NCBI GenBank assembly: GCA_010909165.1
Contig: MU008149.1
Location: 62,001 to 126,000, forward strand
Length of the DNA stretch: 64,000 nucleotides
Direction of reading: 5' to 3'
From: Anthoceros angustus
Taxonomy: Eukaryota; Plantae; Anthocerotophyta
Below the pieces are notes generated by a model. The model worked only from the letters and a program-made list of their open reading frames with translations, was not told the DNA's origin and did no database searches. Below are positions 46,338 to 58,305 of this stretch, one piece after another; the first letter of the stretch is position 1, and the number at the start of each line of letters is the position of its first letter. A program made the translations under genes and the position numbers.

Positions 46338-47645
46338 AGTAGTATCTCACACTTTCCAGAGCGGCCGTGGGAGGACAAATGGTGGACTCCATTAGTTCGC
46401 AAGTATTAGTCGGGCAAGTCTGAGCATCTCGAAACTTTTCTGGAGCTGCAAGCGTTTCTATTATATGTGGTGTGGAACGCAAAAGTTTGGGCAACCAGCC
46501 TAAATGGGTCGGTTGTGGAACAAATCTGATTTTTTTTTTTGCTAGAATCGATTGGGAGGAAACATGCCGAAACTTTTTCGATTCTTTTGGAGCTGGAGTT
46601 GCTAGATAACGTTGGGCAGGTGAAGAGGATGCTTAGGGAGGAAGAAACAAGTCAAAACGACCTTTTGGCGAAGCAGGTAGGTAGCCCGAAGGCGCGGTAG
46701 GCTGGCAGACTACCGCCATAGGCTGCCAACCTACGCCGGTGAGGCGAGGCGTGGGCGGGAGCTCTCCACGCACGGGTTGCTGGGAAAAGTGGTGAAGGGC
46801 AGGAGCCACGAGGAGGAGGTCAGGCGCCTCAAGGAGAAGGAAAGGAAGTCGCGACTCACCGCGGTACAAAGACGTCTCGAATGAAAAAGCGAATTTAGGA
46901 TAAGGGCATATTCACTATATATGCCCACCAATAGGGAAATAGATAAATAGGCTAAATAGGGGGTTTGCGATTAGATTAGTTAGGAGCTAAAATTGGATAA
47001 GGAAATAGGTAATCTAGGGTTGAGAGCCTCCAGGTGGCAACCATCCAAGGGGGGCAAAGTCCAGTTTAGGCAGCGCCAACTCTCCTTCCGAACTGAAGCA
47101 TCTTCACTTCGCGAAGGACTGGAGCTGGAGCGTGAGAGGAAGAAAGAAGAGAAGGAAAGGAAGTCGCCATCGCTACGAGCGAGCTACAAGGAGGAGGAGG
47201 CTGTGCGCGCCTCAAGGAGAAGGGACCAAGACCCCTAGATTCGAAACGCCAGCAAGCGGTGGAAGGAGAAAGGAAGGAAAAGGGCGCGAAGATTCGTGGA
47301 CCGAGGGGAGCTCTCCACGCACCGCGGGTTGCTGGGAAAAGTGGTGAAGGGCAGGAGCCACGAGGACGGAACCCTTGGAGCATCGTGACTGCGGAATTGA
47401 GGGCACAGAGGAGCACCGAGATTGACTGCTGGCGGCGCCTTGCCCTAGAGAAAGACAGCGAGGAAGAAATTTGCAGCAGTAGGGAAGCGCCGACCAAAAC
47501 TAACATTGCCATTGTGTCTCAGCTGGAGTTTTTCTGCCAGTCGCGAGGAGGAGAAGCGTTTGAGAGCGAAGCCTTGAGGTTGCCAGTGTCTGGAATTGGG
47601 AAGTAATTTCCTTCCTTGGAAGCACTTGGAGAGTGAGAAGGCGCC

Positions 47646-50250
47646 ATGACTCGAGCAGCGAAAGGCAAGGGGAAGGTGGCGGCCGCCAAGGGCTCGTCTT
47701 CAGGAGGAGGAAGAGACAAGAAGCCAGCAGCTGGAGCTGCGCTGCCAGGAGGAGGTGATTTTGAGATGCCATAATTTTCTTGTTTTGCAGGGCAACTCAA
47801 TCCCAGGGATTTGGTAGATTTTAGGCAGTGGGCGCAAGAGGAGAACATCTAATTGGGATGGGTGTATGGCCGCCAATGGGCCTACACCAATTTGGAGCTG
47901 ATTGAGGAGTGTTTCATCAACATCCATCAATCAGAGGCAGCCCTTGCCATGCTGCCAAAGAGGAATGAATGGGGGGAAGAGGATTTCCACTGCGAAAATC
48001 CCACAGAAGTCTTGGATTTGATGGATGGGGGGATGAAGGCCCACACCAAGAATGGCTGGAAGATCGATAGCATCAAGGAGTTGAAATGGAGGCTCTTTGC
48101 CAAGATTGTCTCGGGATTGGTCAATTATCAACGCACCTCTTACTTCAGCACCAATTTCCTACAATTCTTGTGGAAGATCGCTCGAAGAGCCAAGCCGGAT
48201 CGGGGGACCATTATGTATGAGGCCTACATCCATCATAGGGAGAAGCTTCTTAAGCCCAACATAGTGGATGAAGGAGGAGCAAGGCCATGCTACCTCAACA
48301 CCTACTTGGTGCACTTGTGGGAGACGGAGAGGCTCTTGACCAGTAAGGAGCTTGAGGATGCTTGGCATCCTTTTGAAATCATCCATCTTAGGCCGAGCTT
48401 GGAAAGGCCTTTGCCCTTTGCCTTGAGGAAGACCATGGGAGGGCAAACTTCTTCAAGCGCGCCAAGGCCGAGAATTGAGGAGGTGGAGACGGCGCCGGTG
48501 GGATTGCCAAAGCTGGGGGATCTTCCCTCTTATGAGGAACAAGGAGGAGGACGCGAGGATCAGGCCATAGAGGGCCAAGTGGTAGTGTATGAGGGCACAC
48601 CTACCACGGTAGGGGGGCAACCTACCGCGGTAGGGGAAGCAGCCCCAAGGGTGGGAGGAATTGCCACCATTTCATGGGTGCGGAAGGAGGCACCCTACCA
48701 CGGTGGTATCCACCCTACCACGGTGGGGGGCAACCTACGGTGGGGACTCAACCTACCGCGGTAGGTAGGCCATGGAGGAAGAATTGCGGAGAACCCGGTT
48801 CAGCTTGGAGGAGAAACGCACGTAGTTAACCGCTCAAGACCTCCAAGTGCAAGCGTTGGAGCACGAGAAGGTTGCTTGGCAGGAGGAGAGGGAGAGACTT
48901 GCCAAGAAAATGGCCGAGCTGGAACAAAGGAGGTTCCAGGAGGAAGAGCACCACAAGAAGATGGTGCACAGGATGCTGGTAGTTAGGAAGAGACGGTTTT
49001 GGGCGGATTATGCCCTTCAAGCGAAGCTGACCAGCCAGCTCAAGTAAGCCAGGGAGGAGAATGTTACCCTCCATGTGAAGGTGGGTGAATTGACCACGGC
49101 AAGGGACGCCTACAAAGCTAAGAGTGAAGATGGAGAATGGCCCAGCGAGCTTGATGACCTCCAGATGCAGTACCACAGCTTGGGAGCCCATCTCCACAAT
49201 AGAATATTGAAGGCCAACAACGAGGTGTTGCGCCTTGCCAAGAGGAGGACCTTGGGTCCTCATGATGATGATCGGGAAGTGCTGCTACAGGTGCAGCCGG
49301 AGGCCTCGGATTTTGATGAGGCCACAAGTGACATGGACTCCGAGGAGTCCGGGAGACAGGGATGGGGAGGCGCCAAAGGAAGGAGATGGCGCCAAAGCAA
49401 GGTGGGAGGTCACCTACCACGGTGACCACCCTACCACGGTAGGTAACCAGCCTACCACGGTAGGTATCCACCCTACGCCGGTAGGCAGCCAGCCTACCGC
49501 GGTAGGGCAAGAACCTACGGGCGAAGGTTCGGAGAAGGCAGCAGGCCATGGGGGCCTTGCTGAGGATGGAAGGGTAGGGGGATCCAACAACATGCCCCCT
49601 AGGATAGATGATAAGGTGGTTGAGGGAGCAATGCCACCGGAGGAGACCAAAGACGGGGTACGGCCCATCATGATAGGAGAAGCGGTGAGAAATTCCCTCA
49701 CCCCACGAACAAGGGAGGAGCAAGGACCCGGAGAGGAGTCCAGTACGAAGAAGGCCCAGAGGAATCAGCGAGGAGGACATCATCGGTCAGCAAATGGGGA
49801 AGGATCCTTTGAAGAAATGCTCCATGATAGGTATGGACAAATCAAACAACAGGCAGAGGAGCCAAGAAGATCTTAACCCAGGAAGTCTTCACCGATGTGA
49901 AGGAGGAAGGAGAGCAACAGGGGAGAAAAGGACCAACCTACCATGGTAGGTGGGCAACCTACCCCAGTAGACTGCCAGGATACCGCGGTAGGGTGCCCTT
50001 TGAAGAAAGGCGGCCGAGCAGCAGGGGCTAGAAGATGGGCCCTTTGAGTACAAGGAAGGCATTACGGAGGCGAGAGGAATCGTGAGGAGGAGCCAAGAAG
50101 AAGGCAGGCGGTGCCCCACAAGCTAGGAAGAAGACAGAAACTGGGGAGGGGACAGGAGCAAAAAGAGGGCGAGGGAGCCAATCAGCAGGAGACGCATCGC
50201 CACCCCAGCAAGATAAGGACCGAAATTGGTCAATGGCCATAAATGTGCTT
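47646..50250 (+). pseudogene. Degenerate long accessory ORF, probably from a Gypsy (Tat/Athila-like) element
   Basis: MTRAAKGKGK... continues in frame through two TAA stops into the 303-aa ORF (KNGWKIDSIKELKWRLFAKIV...RTSYFS). After frameshifts come a coiled coil (48780-49300) and PT(T/A)VG repeats. No gag/pol motifs were seen, so the family assignment is inference. Confidence 0.5.
48600..49992. repeat. Clusters of 14-bp palindrome CCTACC(G/A)CGGTAGG at about 21-bp period
   Basis: Copies at 48600, 48621, 48694-48766, 49412-49506 and 49938-49992, with degenerate copies at 46676-46742. Confidence 0.88.
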
Positions 50251-51989
50251 TGGAGAATGGGAAGGATAGGTGATGTAGACTGACATTCTTTAAGAATGGC
50301 CATAGGTGAAATTGCTAGAATAGAATTTACGTAGGATCAGACTGTAGACTTAGATGCCATGACTTAAATACTGGCGGTAGGAAATTATAAAATACTTGGA
50401 AAGGTGGCCTGCAGTAGGGTCACCCAAGGGAGGTTGTATGTGGAAGGCCTCCTATAAGAGGAGGAGGATTTCACAAAGTAAAATATCATGTCTTGCGCTT
50501 CCATACTCGCGAGTCCTTTGCCCTTGTAAAGGAATTTCGTGCCGGCTGAAGCCAACGTAGTGTCGGTAGAGAGGAAGTTGCGGTGGTCGGAGTGCTTGGT
50601 AGAGGGCTTGCTTCCTGCGACCGCCTCAACGAGTTGCTCCCCTTGTGAATGGTTGCTGTGAAATTGCTTTGCTTTGGGTGTGTGGCGATGCCCAAGGAAC
50701 TCTTGGCTTAAGGGTAGACTACAAGGAAAGACTCCCTGGAGGTTCTCGCTGTCTGGTGTCAAACTCATAGCAACCGGCCCAAGGAAGAACTTGCTGATGT
50801 GTAGGCGGTTGTGCCGTAAGGGCGAGCCGAGGCCAGTGAGCCCGAATTGAGGTTAGTTTAGGAGGAGGATGAGGAGACGAGTTGAGCGTTGAGGAAGATG
50901 ATGAGTGGATGATGAGTAGAGGATTAGAGTGTAGGTAATAGTGGAAGGCCACAAGCAGAGCCTAAGGGACGAATCCCAAATCTGCAAGTACAAGGGCGCT
51001 CCCTGAGTGGAGGAGAGTGGTCTTAGAAGTCGGGACGAAATTGCGGTGTGGATCAGGGGGTCCCTGGGCGCTCGTGATAGACTCCTTGCTGCTAAGGCAT
51101 GACCTGCAATTGTGTTGTGTCGTTGTAGGTCGAGAATCGGTGATTTTTCGGAGCAATGCAAGAGGTGCAGCTGCTGTAAGGGGGAGAGTAGAGGACGCCT
51201 TGCTTGTTTAGAAGGCTGAGGTGGTGTGTTACTGCAAGTAGCAATTGTTTCCCCAGAACCCGATTGTTCACACAAATTTCATGGGACGAAACCCAACGTA
51301 CGAAACGACAGTGGGATAAGTGTGGCCGCTAGAGGGGAAACCTCGGAAGCCCCGGGGTTTTCCTCCCACATGTGGAATCTCATCATGACACATGAAGCAT
51401 AAAAAACTTTTCATATGATCACAAAGATCTTTTTGAACTTGCAGGATGGGGAATGAACAGGCATAATTTTGTATGGACTAGCTATTGCGAAGGAGCGTTT
51501 TGCAAGCTTGAACATCATCTTTTTATGCATTAGGTGTTTGATCACTGGCTCAAGAAGGGTTTTCAGTCCTACAAGAAGAAGGAAAAACTTGCAGATGTGC
51601 GTAGCTTGAAGGTATGGCTTAGCCACCTGCATTGGGAAAAGGCAGGGCGGTTTGCCATAGGTTATCCTAGGGCCTTTTACATGCTCTTTGCTTGTTTAAG
51701 AACAGGGGTTTTGTAGTGGGATGAGCCCACATCATAGTGCTAATATCTTCTGAATGACAATGTGGGGGAATTTTGAGAGCCCAATGTAATGAAACAATAT
51801 TATGTTGATGGTTTGAATGGGCCCCAGTTGCTCAGAGTTAAGACTGAGCTTGACAATGATGAGAAGGAGGAGCTGTTGCCTTGGCATCGGGCTTAAGAGC
51901 GGGCACAACTAGGCAAAGTGCAAGTTGATGAGTATTTTGACCCAGAAGAACGGCGTGTGGTTGCTCTGTTGGTTGCCAAAGCACGACAA

Positions 51990-53790
51990 GCTATCTGAAC
52001 CTCAGCTAAGAGATAGAAAAGATTGTTTGATGTCTTAGGTCTAGTCGTTAGCAATGTGGAATTACCCTTCAATTGTGTAGATAATTTTACTAAGAACATG
52101 GAAACTCTGTTGTCCTTATCCAATTTATATTTCATAGTGAAATGGAACTCCTGGAAAAATTCTAACCAACGAGCTTGGTTTATGGACAAAAAAGGATGAG
52201 TTTGCAAATATCACGGGGGACTACGATCCGTTTCAAGTTCAAAAGTTGTACCTTCTAGGTAACATCTCCAATGCCTAAGTGCCAGAACTTGACCGAGAGC
52301 TTCTTTCTCGTACGTCTAATATTTAAGCTCGGCTGCTTTTAGCTTTTTGCTGAAATAGGCCATAGGCTGCAACCCTCTTCCTTAGTCCTGCTGCAAGACA
52401 CCTCCTACTGTAAGGTCTGAAGTATCCGTGGCCACAACAAAAGGCAACTCTATATGGGGATGTGCCAACTCAGGGCCTATCTGAATTTATCCTTGAGGTT
52501 GTCAAATGCTTCTTGACATCGCTTATCCCATATCCAAGTCTGTTCCCCCATCAGCAGATTCACATAGGTGAAGTGATATTGGCAAAACCAGATATAAATC
52601 ATCTATAGTAGGAAGCAAGACCCCAAAAAGATTATAACTGAGTGATGGTAAGAGGGTTAGGCTAGCCTTTGATTGCTGGTACTTTCGCTGGGTCCATTTT
52701 CACTCCTTCTAATCCAACAATATGCCCTAGATATTCAACTTGATCCTGGAGAAACTTACATTTATGTATCCGGGTCCATTTTCTCTCCTGGTCCAACAAT
52801 ATGCCCTAGATATTCAACTTGATCCTGGAGAAACTTGCATTTGTGTATCTTGGCGTATGGCTTCTCCTATTGTAGTTGTCGTAACACTTCTGTAAGTAAC
52901 CATGTTCCTCCGGAGTGGCTACATAGATAAGGATGTCATCCATATAAACTATGACCCCTCGATCTATTAAGTTTGCAAAAACTTGGTTCATCAGGGTTTG
53001 AAAGGTAGCAGGAGCATTCCCCATTCCAAAGGGCATCTGCCGCACGAGGTAAGTACTTGCATTCATATGAGCACTTCCTCAACAAAAAACCAAGCAAACA
53101 AATCAAATATGCAAATATAGTTGCAAACTAATAACAATAGGAAGGAGTAGCTAGCACGTCGTGGCACAAACACACTCTCCCCACGAGAATAACATGCAAA
53201 TTCCTCACACATCGCTCTCGGAGTCATAGCTTTGGCCTCCTCACAACAGTCTTGCATTGCATATCTAGAGGACAAGCTATGATCTGAGCTTGTCCTCTGT
53301 GAAAGGACTGTAGGGTCTATATATACTAGCCCTTGGCATCGGCATATTCCTAAAATATCCTATTGGCATCAGCATATGCTAGAAATATCCTAAGAATACA
53401 CTATAATATGCAAGGAATATGCTAAAGCATATTACTTGAGCTTATCCACTTAGCTATTGCTAACCATGTTTAATTAAAATCAACACTTAATCAACATGAG
53501 TGTTCTAGATTAATTAATACTAATTACTTACTTAAAGATAAGTAATTGGATTAATTAATGCTAATCAAACAATAAACCAAGTGCAGAGATTAGTGTCACA
53601 CGGCATGACACATCACTAACCTCTCATAGTGGCCATATCGGTTATTAAAGGCAGTTTTCTCTATGTCTTCAAGAGCTATCCTAATTTGGTGATATCCAAC
53701 TACTAGAGCTAATTTGGAGAAGAAGTTGGCACCAGCCAATTTTTCTAACATCTCATCTATTCTAGAAAGGGGAAAACTATTGCATTTAGT
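51990..53790 (-). pseudogene. Ty3/Gypsy RT and RNase H (degenerate), inverted relative to the rest of the element
   Basis: FPLSRIDEML, GYHQIRI, KTAF, RYGHYE.LVMPFG, NAPATFQ, VYMDDILI, VATDTSD..VGGVL and QARWLEFFQEF. Confidence 0.9.
53038..53610. mobile_element. Solo LTR (573 bp) inserted in Gypsy RT
   Basis: TG...CA ends flanked by CATC (53034-53037, 53611-53614). Removal restores the codons LVMPFG. Confidence 0.8.
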
Positions 53791-53890
53791 CATGTATGTA
53801 GGTATGTATGTGCATGTGCATGTATGCATGTGAGTACATGTGCATGTATGCATGTGAGTACATGTGCATGTATGCATGTGATGTCATGTG
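53791..53890. repeat. Low-complexity TGCA/TGTA minisatellite (24-bp unit)
   Basis: TGCATGTATGCATGTGAGTACATG is repeated, and the complementary form appears at 54763-54800. Confidence 0.85.
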
Positions 53891-54399
53891 TGGTGTGCGA
53901 TCAGAAGTGAGCAGGTTGATAGGCGGCTTTTGAAGTCAACTGCAAATACCGCAGAAGCCGACAAACTCAATTAAGGCGTGGCGGTTCATCAAGAGGAGCG
54001 AGCGACTCTTTAGAAGCAGCAATAGCATAATGAATCCATGGCGACGGCAGCAACTGGCCACCATGACTACAAATGTAAAGAAGTCCGTTGATGTACATCA
54101 ACAGATTGCTGTACATTTGTAGTCGTGGTGCTTTATATTTGTATCAGTATAAGGATAGCCAAACTGATCCCAGGCCTTGTACAAGTTTCTCAAAACAATT
54201 TTGTTGGTGTGCTTGCCCATAAATTGGCAAGTTGTTTTGCCATTCGCGGCTGTAGACAATAGTCTGTAGACATGTGCATTCTAGCATGCCACATGTATGT
54301 GTGTGTGGAAAACTATAAGCTCCCAATTTTGGACAAGTACTTTGAGTTAGCCATGACAGCTATGCAGCTGCAGCGCGACACTGATATGAAACAGAAAGG

Positions 54400-56700
54400 A
54401 ACATGTGGGTTCACCCACTCTGTATAGTCCGTGACGTAACTCACCAAGTTAATAATAAGAATGAAGTTCAGCCCATCTTAGACAAGTTTTCTAATGTCTT
54501 TGTACAAGACCAGCCGGCCGGATTACCTCCTGAACAAGCCATTACTCACAAAGTAGAACTTATACCTGGTGACTACAGGCCTCTAGTAACCAGTCTATAA
54601 ACTTTCTCAGCTAGAATTAGAAGAAGCCCGGTCTCAAATAGAAAATATGGTAAACAAAGGATTCATCAGACCCTCTCAATCCCCTTATGGGGCCCCTATC
54701 TTGTTTGCCAAAAAAAAGGGACAAGGGCTTATGCACGTACTTTGGATACAGAGCGTTGAATAGCACATGCATACATGCACTCATGCAAACACATACACAC
54801 GTCCTTCATGCAGGTCATGCTATCCATGGACATGGCATGCCGCACGTTTGAAATACAAATCCTATTACCTACTTTAGAAACATCACTCCTAGATGCCATG
54901 ATAGTTGTCACAGCTTATACCTGTCCATACACACATACATGTGGCATGCTAGAATGTACATGTCTACGGACTATTATCTGCAGCCGCTAATGGCCCCCCG
55001 CCAAAAGTTGGGGCTCATCTAACAACAAAAGCACATAAGAGCGCCACTTTGGGCACTCATATAGCATAGAACCGACGATGAAACCACTTGGAAGCGCGAC
55101 ATTTAGCAAATAAGGATGCCCAACAGGGATGGGTTTGGAGAGATGGACTGTTATACCATCATGATTTGTTGTTTATTTCGAATTTCCCTATATTCGTCGG
55201 GGATTGCTCAAGAAGAAGAAGAAGAACAATTTTATTTAAGTCCACTAAGGACAGATTTCCGTCATGGGACTTGGTACTTAACAACTTGTACCATGGTGTG
55301 CCTAAGCTACTTGCACCAAGGGCATCCACTCCCTTTAGGCACCCCATCTAAGTACCGATCCAAGCTCAGGATGCTTAATCACGGCGTTCTTATAAATGTG
55401 TGTCCATTTGGCCTAGGCCATTTGGACATCAAGGAAGGCCATGATGCCCCTTCTGCAGGACACCCTGGTAAAATATGTATTGCGGCTGCCTGACGACGAT
55501 TTTTCACTTGGCCAGGTTTCAATTGGGATGTTCGGGATTATGTCAGGTTATGTGATGTTTGACAACGGATCAAATTCAGTACTAGCAAACTTGCAGGCCT
55601 GGCTGAACCTTTGCCAACCCTTGTCACTCCCTCTCCTCCACGTGGATTTTATTATTGGGTTACCTACCTCCTACGCCTGCAGGCAATGATGCCCTTCTAG
55701 TATTCATAGACAGATTTACATGGATGGTGCACCTCGCTCCCACAACTACTACATATGATGCTCCTCAAGCCACCAACCTGTATCTCCAATATGTGTACAG
55801 ACTACATGGATTGCCACGATTTATTATCATGGACTGGGATCCAAGATTCCTCAGCCATTTCTAGGCTGCACTACATAAAGATCTGGGTACCCAACTGCAT
55901 TATTCGTTTGCTTATCATCCTCAGACTGATGGTTTGGCCGAGAAAGCAAACTTGGTGGTGGAGACCACCCTTCGAGCATATGTCCATCAACAGCAGGACA
56001 AATGGGAATAGTTCTTGTATTAATTAGAGTTTGCCACAAATGACAGCCGACAAGGGACCACGGGTCACACATCTTTCTTTCTACATGCTAGAAGACACCC
56101 TCGGTTGATGTTATCCGGAGCTCTCCCCGTTTAGCAGGCTCCTGCTCCCATGGAAATGCTCGACCATCATGGTGCCATCCAGAGACAAGCCAGACAAACT
56201 ATGCTGGCTGCCAAGAATACACATAAACAAATACATGATAGCCGCCATCCACCTCAAAGTTTTACAGTTGGAGATTGGGTCTTACTCAATGATCCCAACC
56301 TGCCTCTCGATCATGGGGTTGTCAAGCTCAGTCATTGCGGGGTGGGACCTTTTGCAGTCACCAAGGTTATCAACCCGGCCGCATACCAGCTAGCTTTTCC
56401 CCCGGCCTGGCAGATCCATAATGTGTTCAATACCTCCTTGCTCAAAAGATACCAAGGATCACCTCCTGAATGTCCTCCTCCTCAACTCTTCTACGACCAT
56501 TCTAAATTTGAAGTCCAAGAAATCCTTGCTCATCGTCGGCGTCCCAACTAACTGCAATTCCTTGTTTTGTAGCGAGGCTACCTTGATTCCGATGCCACTT
56601 GGCCTCGCCATCGTTTGGTCCACTGTCCTCTAATCTTGCAGCTGTATGTACAGTGACATCCAGATTTTCGAGCTGAAGTTCTCCCCCTGGAGGAAAAAGA
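54400..56700 (+). pseudogene. Chromoviral Gypsy pol remnants: RT N-terminus (54400-54762), integrase and chromodomain (55085-56650)
   Basis: GLPPEQAITHKVELIPG, GFIRPSQSPYGAPILF, HDAPSAGHPG, VDFIIGLP, RLHGLP, YHPQTDG, GPF and the chromodomain FEVQEILAHR...ATW. A purine tract GGAGGAAAAAGA ends at 56700. Confidence 0.88.
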
Positions 56701-57045
56701 TGCAATGGATATAGGAATTACTTAATTAGGTGTATTAAGATAAATAGGTTTCTCATGCTTAATTGGGTTTATATATTAGGGTATAATTAGTATGGAGAAG
56801 TGTAAATAGGAACGGATAATATGGGATAACCAGCAGGCTCTAGCATGTCATGCTGAGTCAGGCAACATTGGGCTTCGTCAGGCCGCACGATGGCAAGGAA
56901 AGTGTTTGACAAGGCAAGTGGAGTTAGCCTCCTTAGTGAACTGCCAATTATTGAAAGGATAAACTTTATTGCCTTGTATAAATACTTGCCTTCCGACTGG
57001 AAGGACATGCTTTTTCCAAGCACAATTATCAGAGCCATTTCATAG
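56701..57045 (+). repeat. Probable 3' LTR of the chromovirus
   Basis: Begins TG immediately after the PPT and contains TATAAATA. No second copy is in the window and the right end is uncertain. Confidence 0.5.
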
Positions 57046-57332
57046 ATAAAAGTTTTTTCCCCAAAACTATAATTTTCTTTTCAGAACTCATAAGTTTCTT
57101 TGAGGTTTTCCAGAATTTTTTTAACTATAAATTTCTTTTCAATACTCATAAATTTCTTTGAAATTATTCCCAAAAGCTGTTAACGCCAGATGAACGTCAT
57201 TTTCTAGACTTCTTCACTCTAATTTAAGTTGTAGAATAGCTCCCTAAACACAATCATATACTTGGACACTAAAAAAGAGGTCTCAATCTTTAAAACCAAG
57301 CTAATGAGGCAAACGTTGTCTCGTCATAAAGT

Positions 57333-57715
57333 GAATCGATTGAAAACACAGACGTACGAATCGATTGAAAACACAGACGTATCAATTGAAAACAGAGACG
57401 TACAGCTCAACTATATAATCCTGCAGGGAGAAATAAAAGAAACAAACAGGCAAGAAATATAGTCTCAACTCGGAAAACCTTAAGGGGAGAATTAAAAGAA
57501 ACTAGATAATCCTCAAGGGAGAAATTAAAGAAAAAAATAGGCAAGAAATATCGCATGAACTAGAAAAACCTTAAGGAGAGAAATGAAAGGAACAAAGAGG
57601 CACATAAGCGGGAGAAATGAAAGAAACAAGAAATGAAAGAAACAAAGATGCACCTCCGCAGGAGAAATGAAAGAAACAAAGACCACCTAAGCGGGAGAAA
57701 TGAAAGAAACATGGA
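57333..57715. repeat. Degenerate A-rich tandem repeats
   Basis: GAATCGATTGAAAACACAGACGTA x about 3, then repeated GGAGAAATGAAAGAAACA units. Confidence 0.8.
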
Positions 57716-57742
57716 GGCATCAATGTTTGAGATGGGGTGCGC

Positions 57743-57816
57743 TGTCTAAACCCAGGATCAAATTGAGGACCTCTAGTGAGTGAGAAAAGCATAATAACCA
57801 ACTACACCATCCAGAC
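57743..57816 (-). pseudogene. tRNA-Val(CAC)-derived pseudogene or SINE head
   Basis: The minus strand reads GTCTGGATGGTGTAGTTGGTTATTATGCTTTTCTCACTCACTAGAGGTCCTCAATTTGATCCTGGGTTTAGACA. It is collinear with plant tRNA-Val(CAC), but the B-box and stems are decayed mostly by C>T/G>A changes. Confidence 0.75.
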
Positions 57817-58305
57817 AAAACATATGATCAAGTTATTTGCTTAAACTTATAAAGAGAACAAATGCAAGAACCTATAAATACAAACAAATAGAATGTTACA
57901 GAGTGCACATTCCATAGGATCTGATTTGGAACATACATAGAACATATGCCTCGCAGCGGGTCATACAACCAAACTTTTGGTGAAGCCATTACCTTTATGA
58001 TCACAAAGATAATCACCTGTGGCTATCCATGGATGCATGTTTGGCAGCGATAACAAACCAGGCTCCATGCTCGACAAGAGCAGGGCATTACGCTGGACAA
58101 AAGAACGCATTCAAGGCATTTAAGCTGTTAACTCTAGAGCCTCACTCGGAGACTGGAGGGACCTAAGGGGAGGAGAACATCATGCACTTATAGAAATGAG
58201 AATTCCACGTTGTGACTTAGACTCCCCCTTCGAGTTTCTTCCTTCACACTGACCTGAGTAACATAACAGGCCCTAGCCTTGCACAACACATGCATAGACA
58301 AAGAA

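Noticed and set aside
44600-46351. Possible LTR (TG after a G-rich tract, ending CA) interrupted by element C
   Set aside because: No second copy, PBS or TSD could be confirmed.
47755-47790. 36-nt GT-AG intron in the accessory ORF
   Set aside because: It is very short and in frame. A CAA>TAA nonsense change explains the stop more simply.
48600-49506. Palindromic repeats as a CRISPR-like array
   Set aside because: The linkers are only about 7 nt and the repeats lie within a reading frame.
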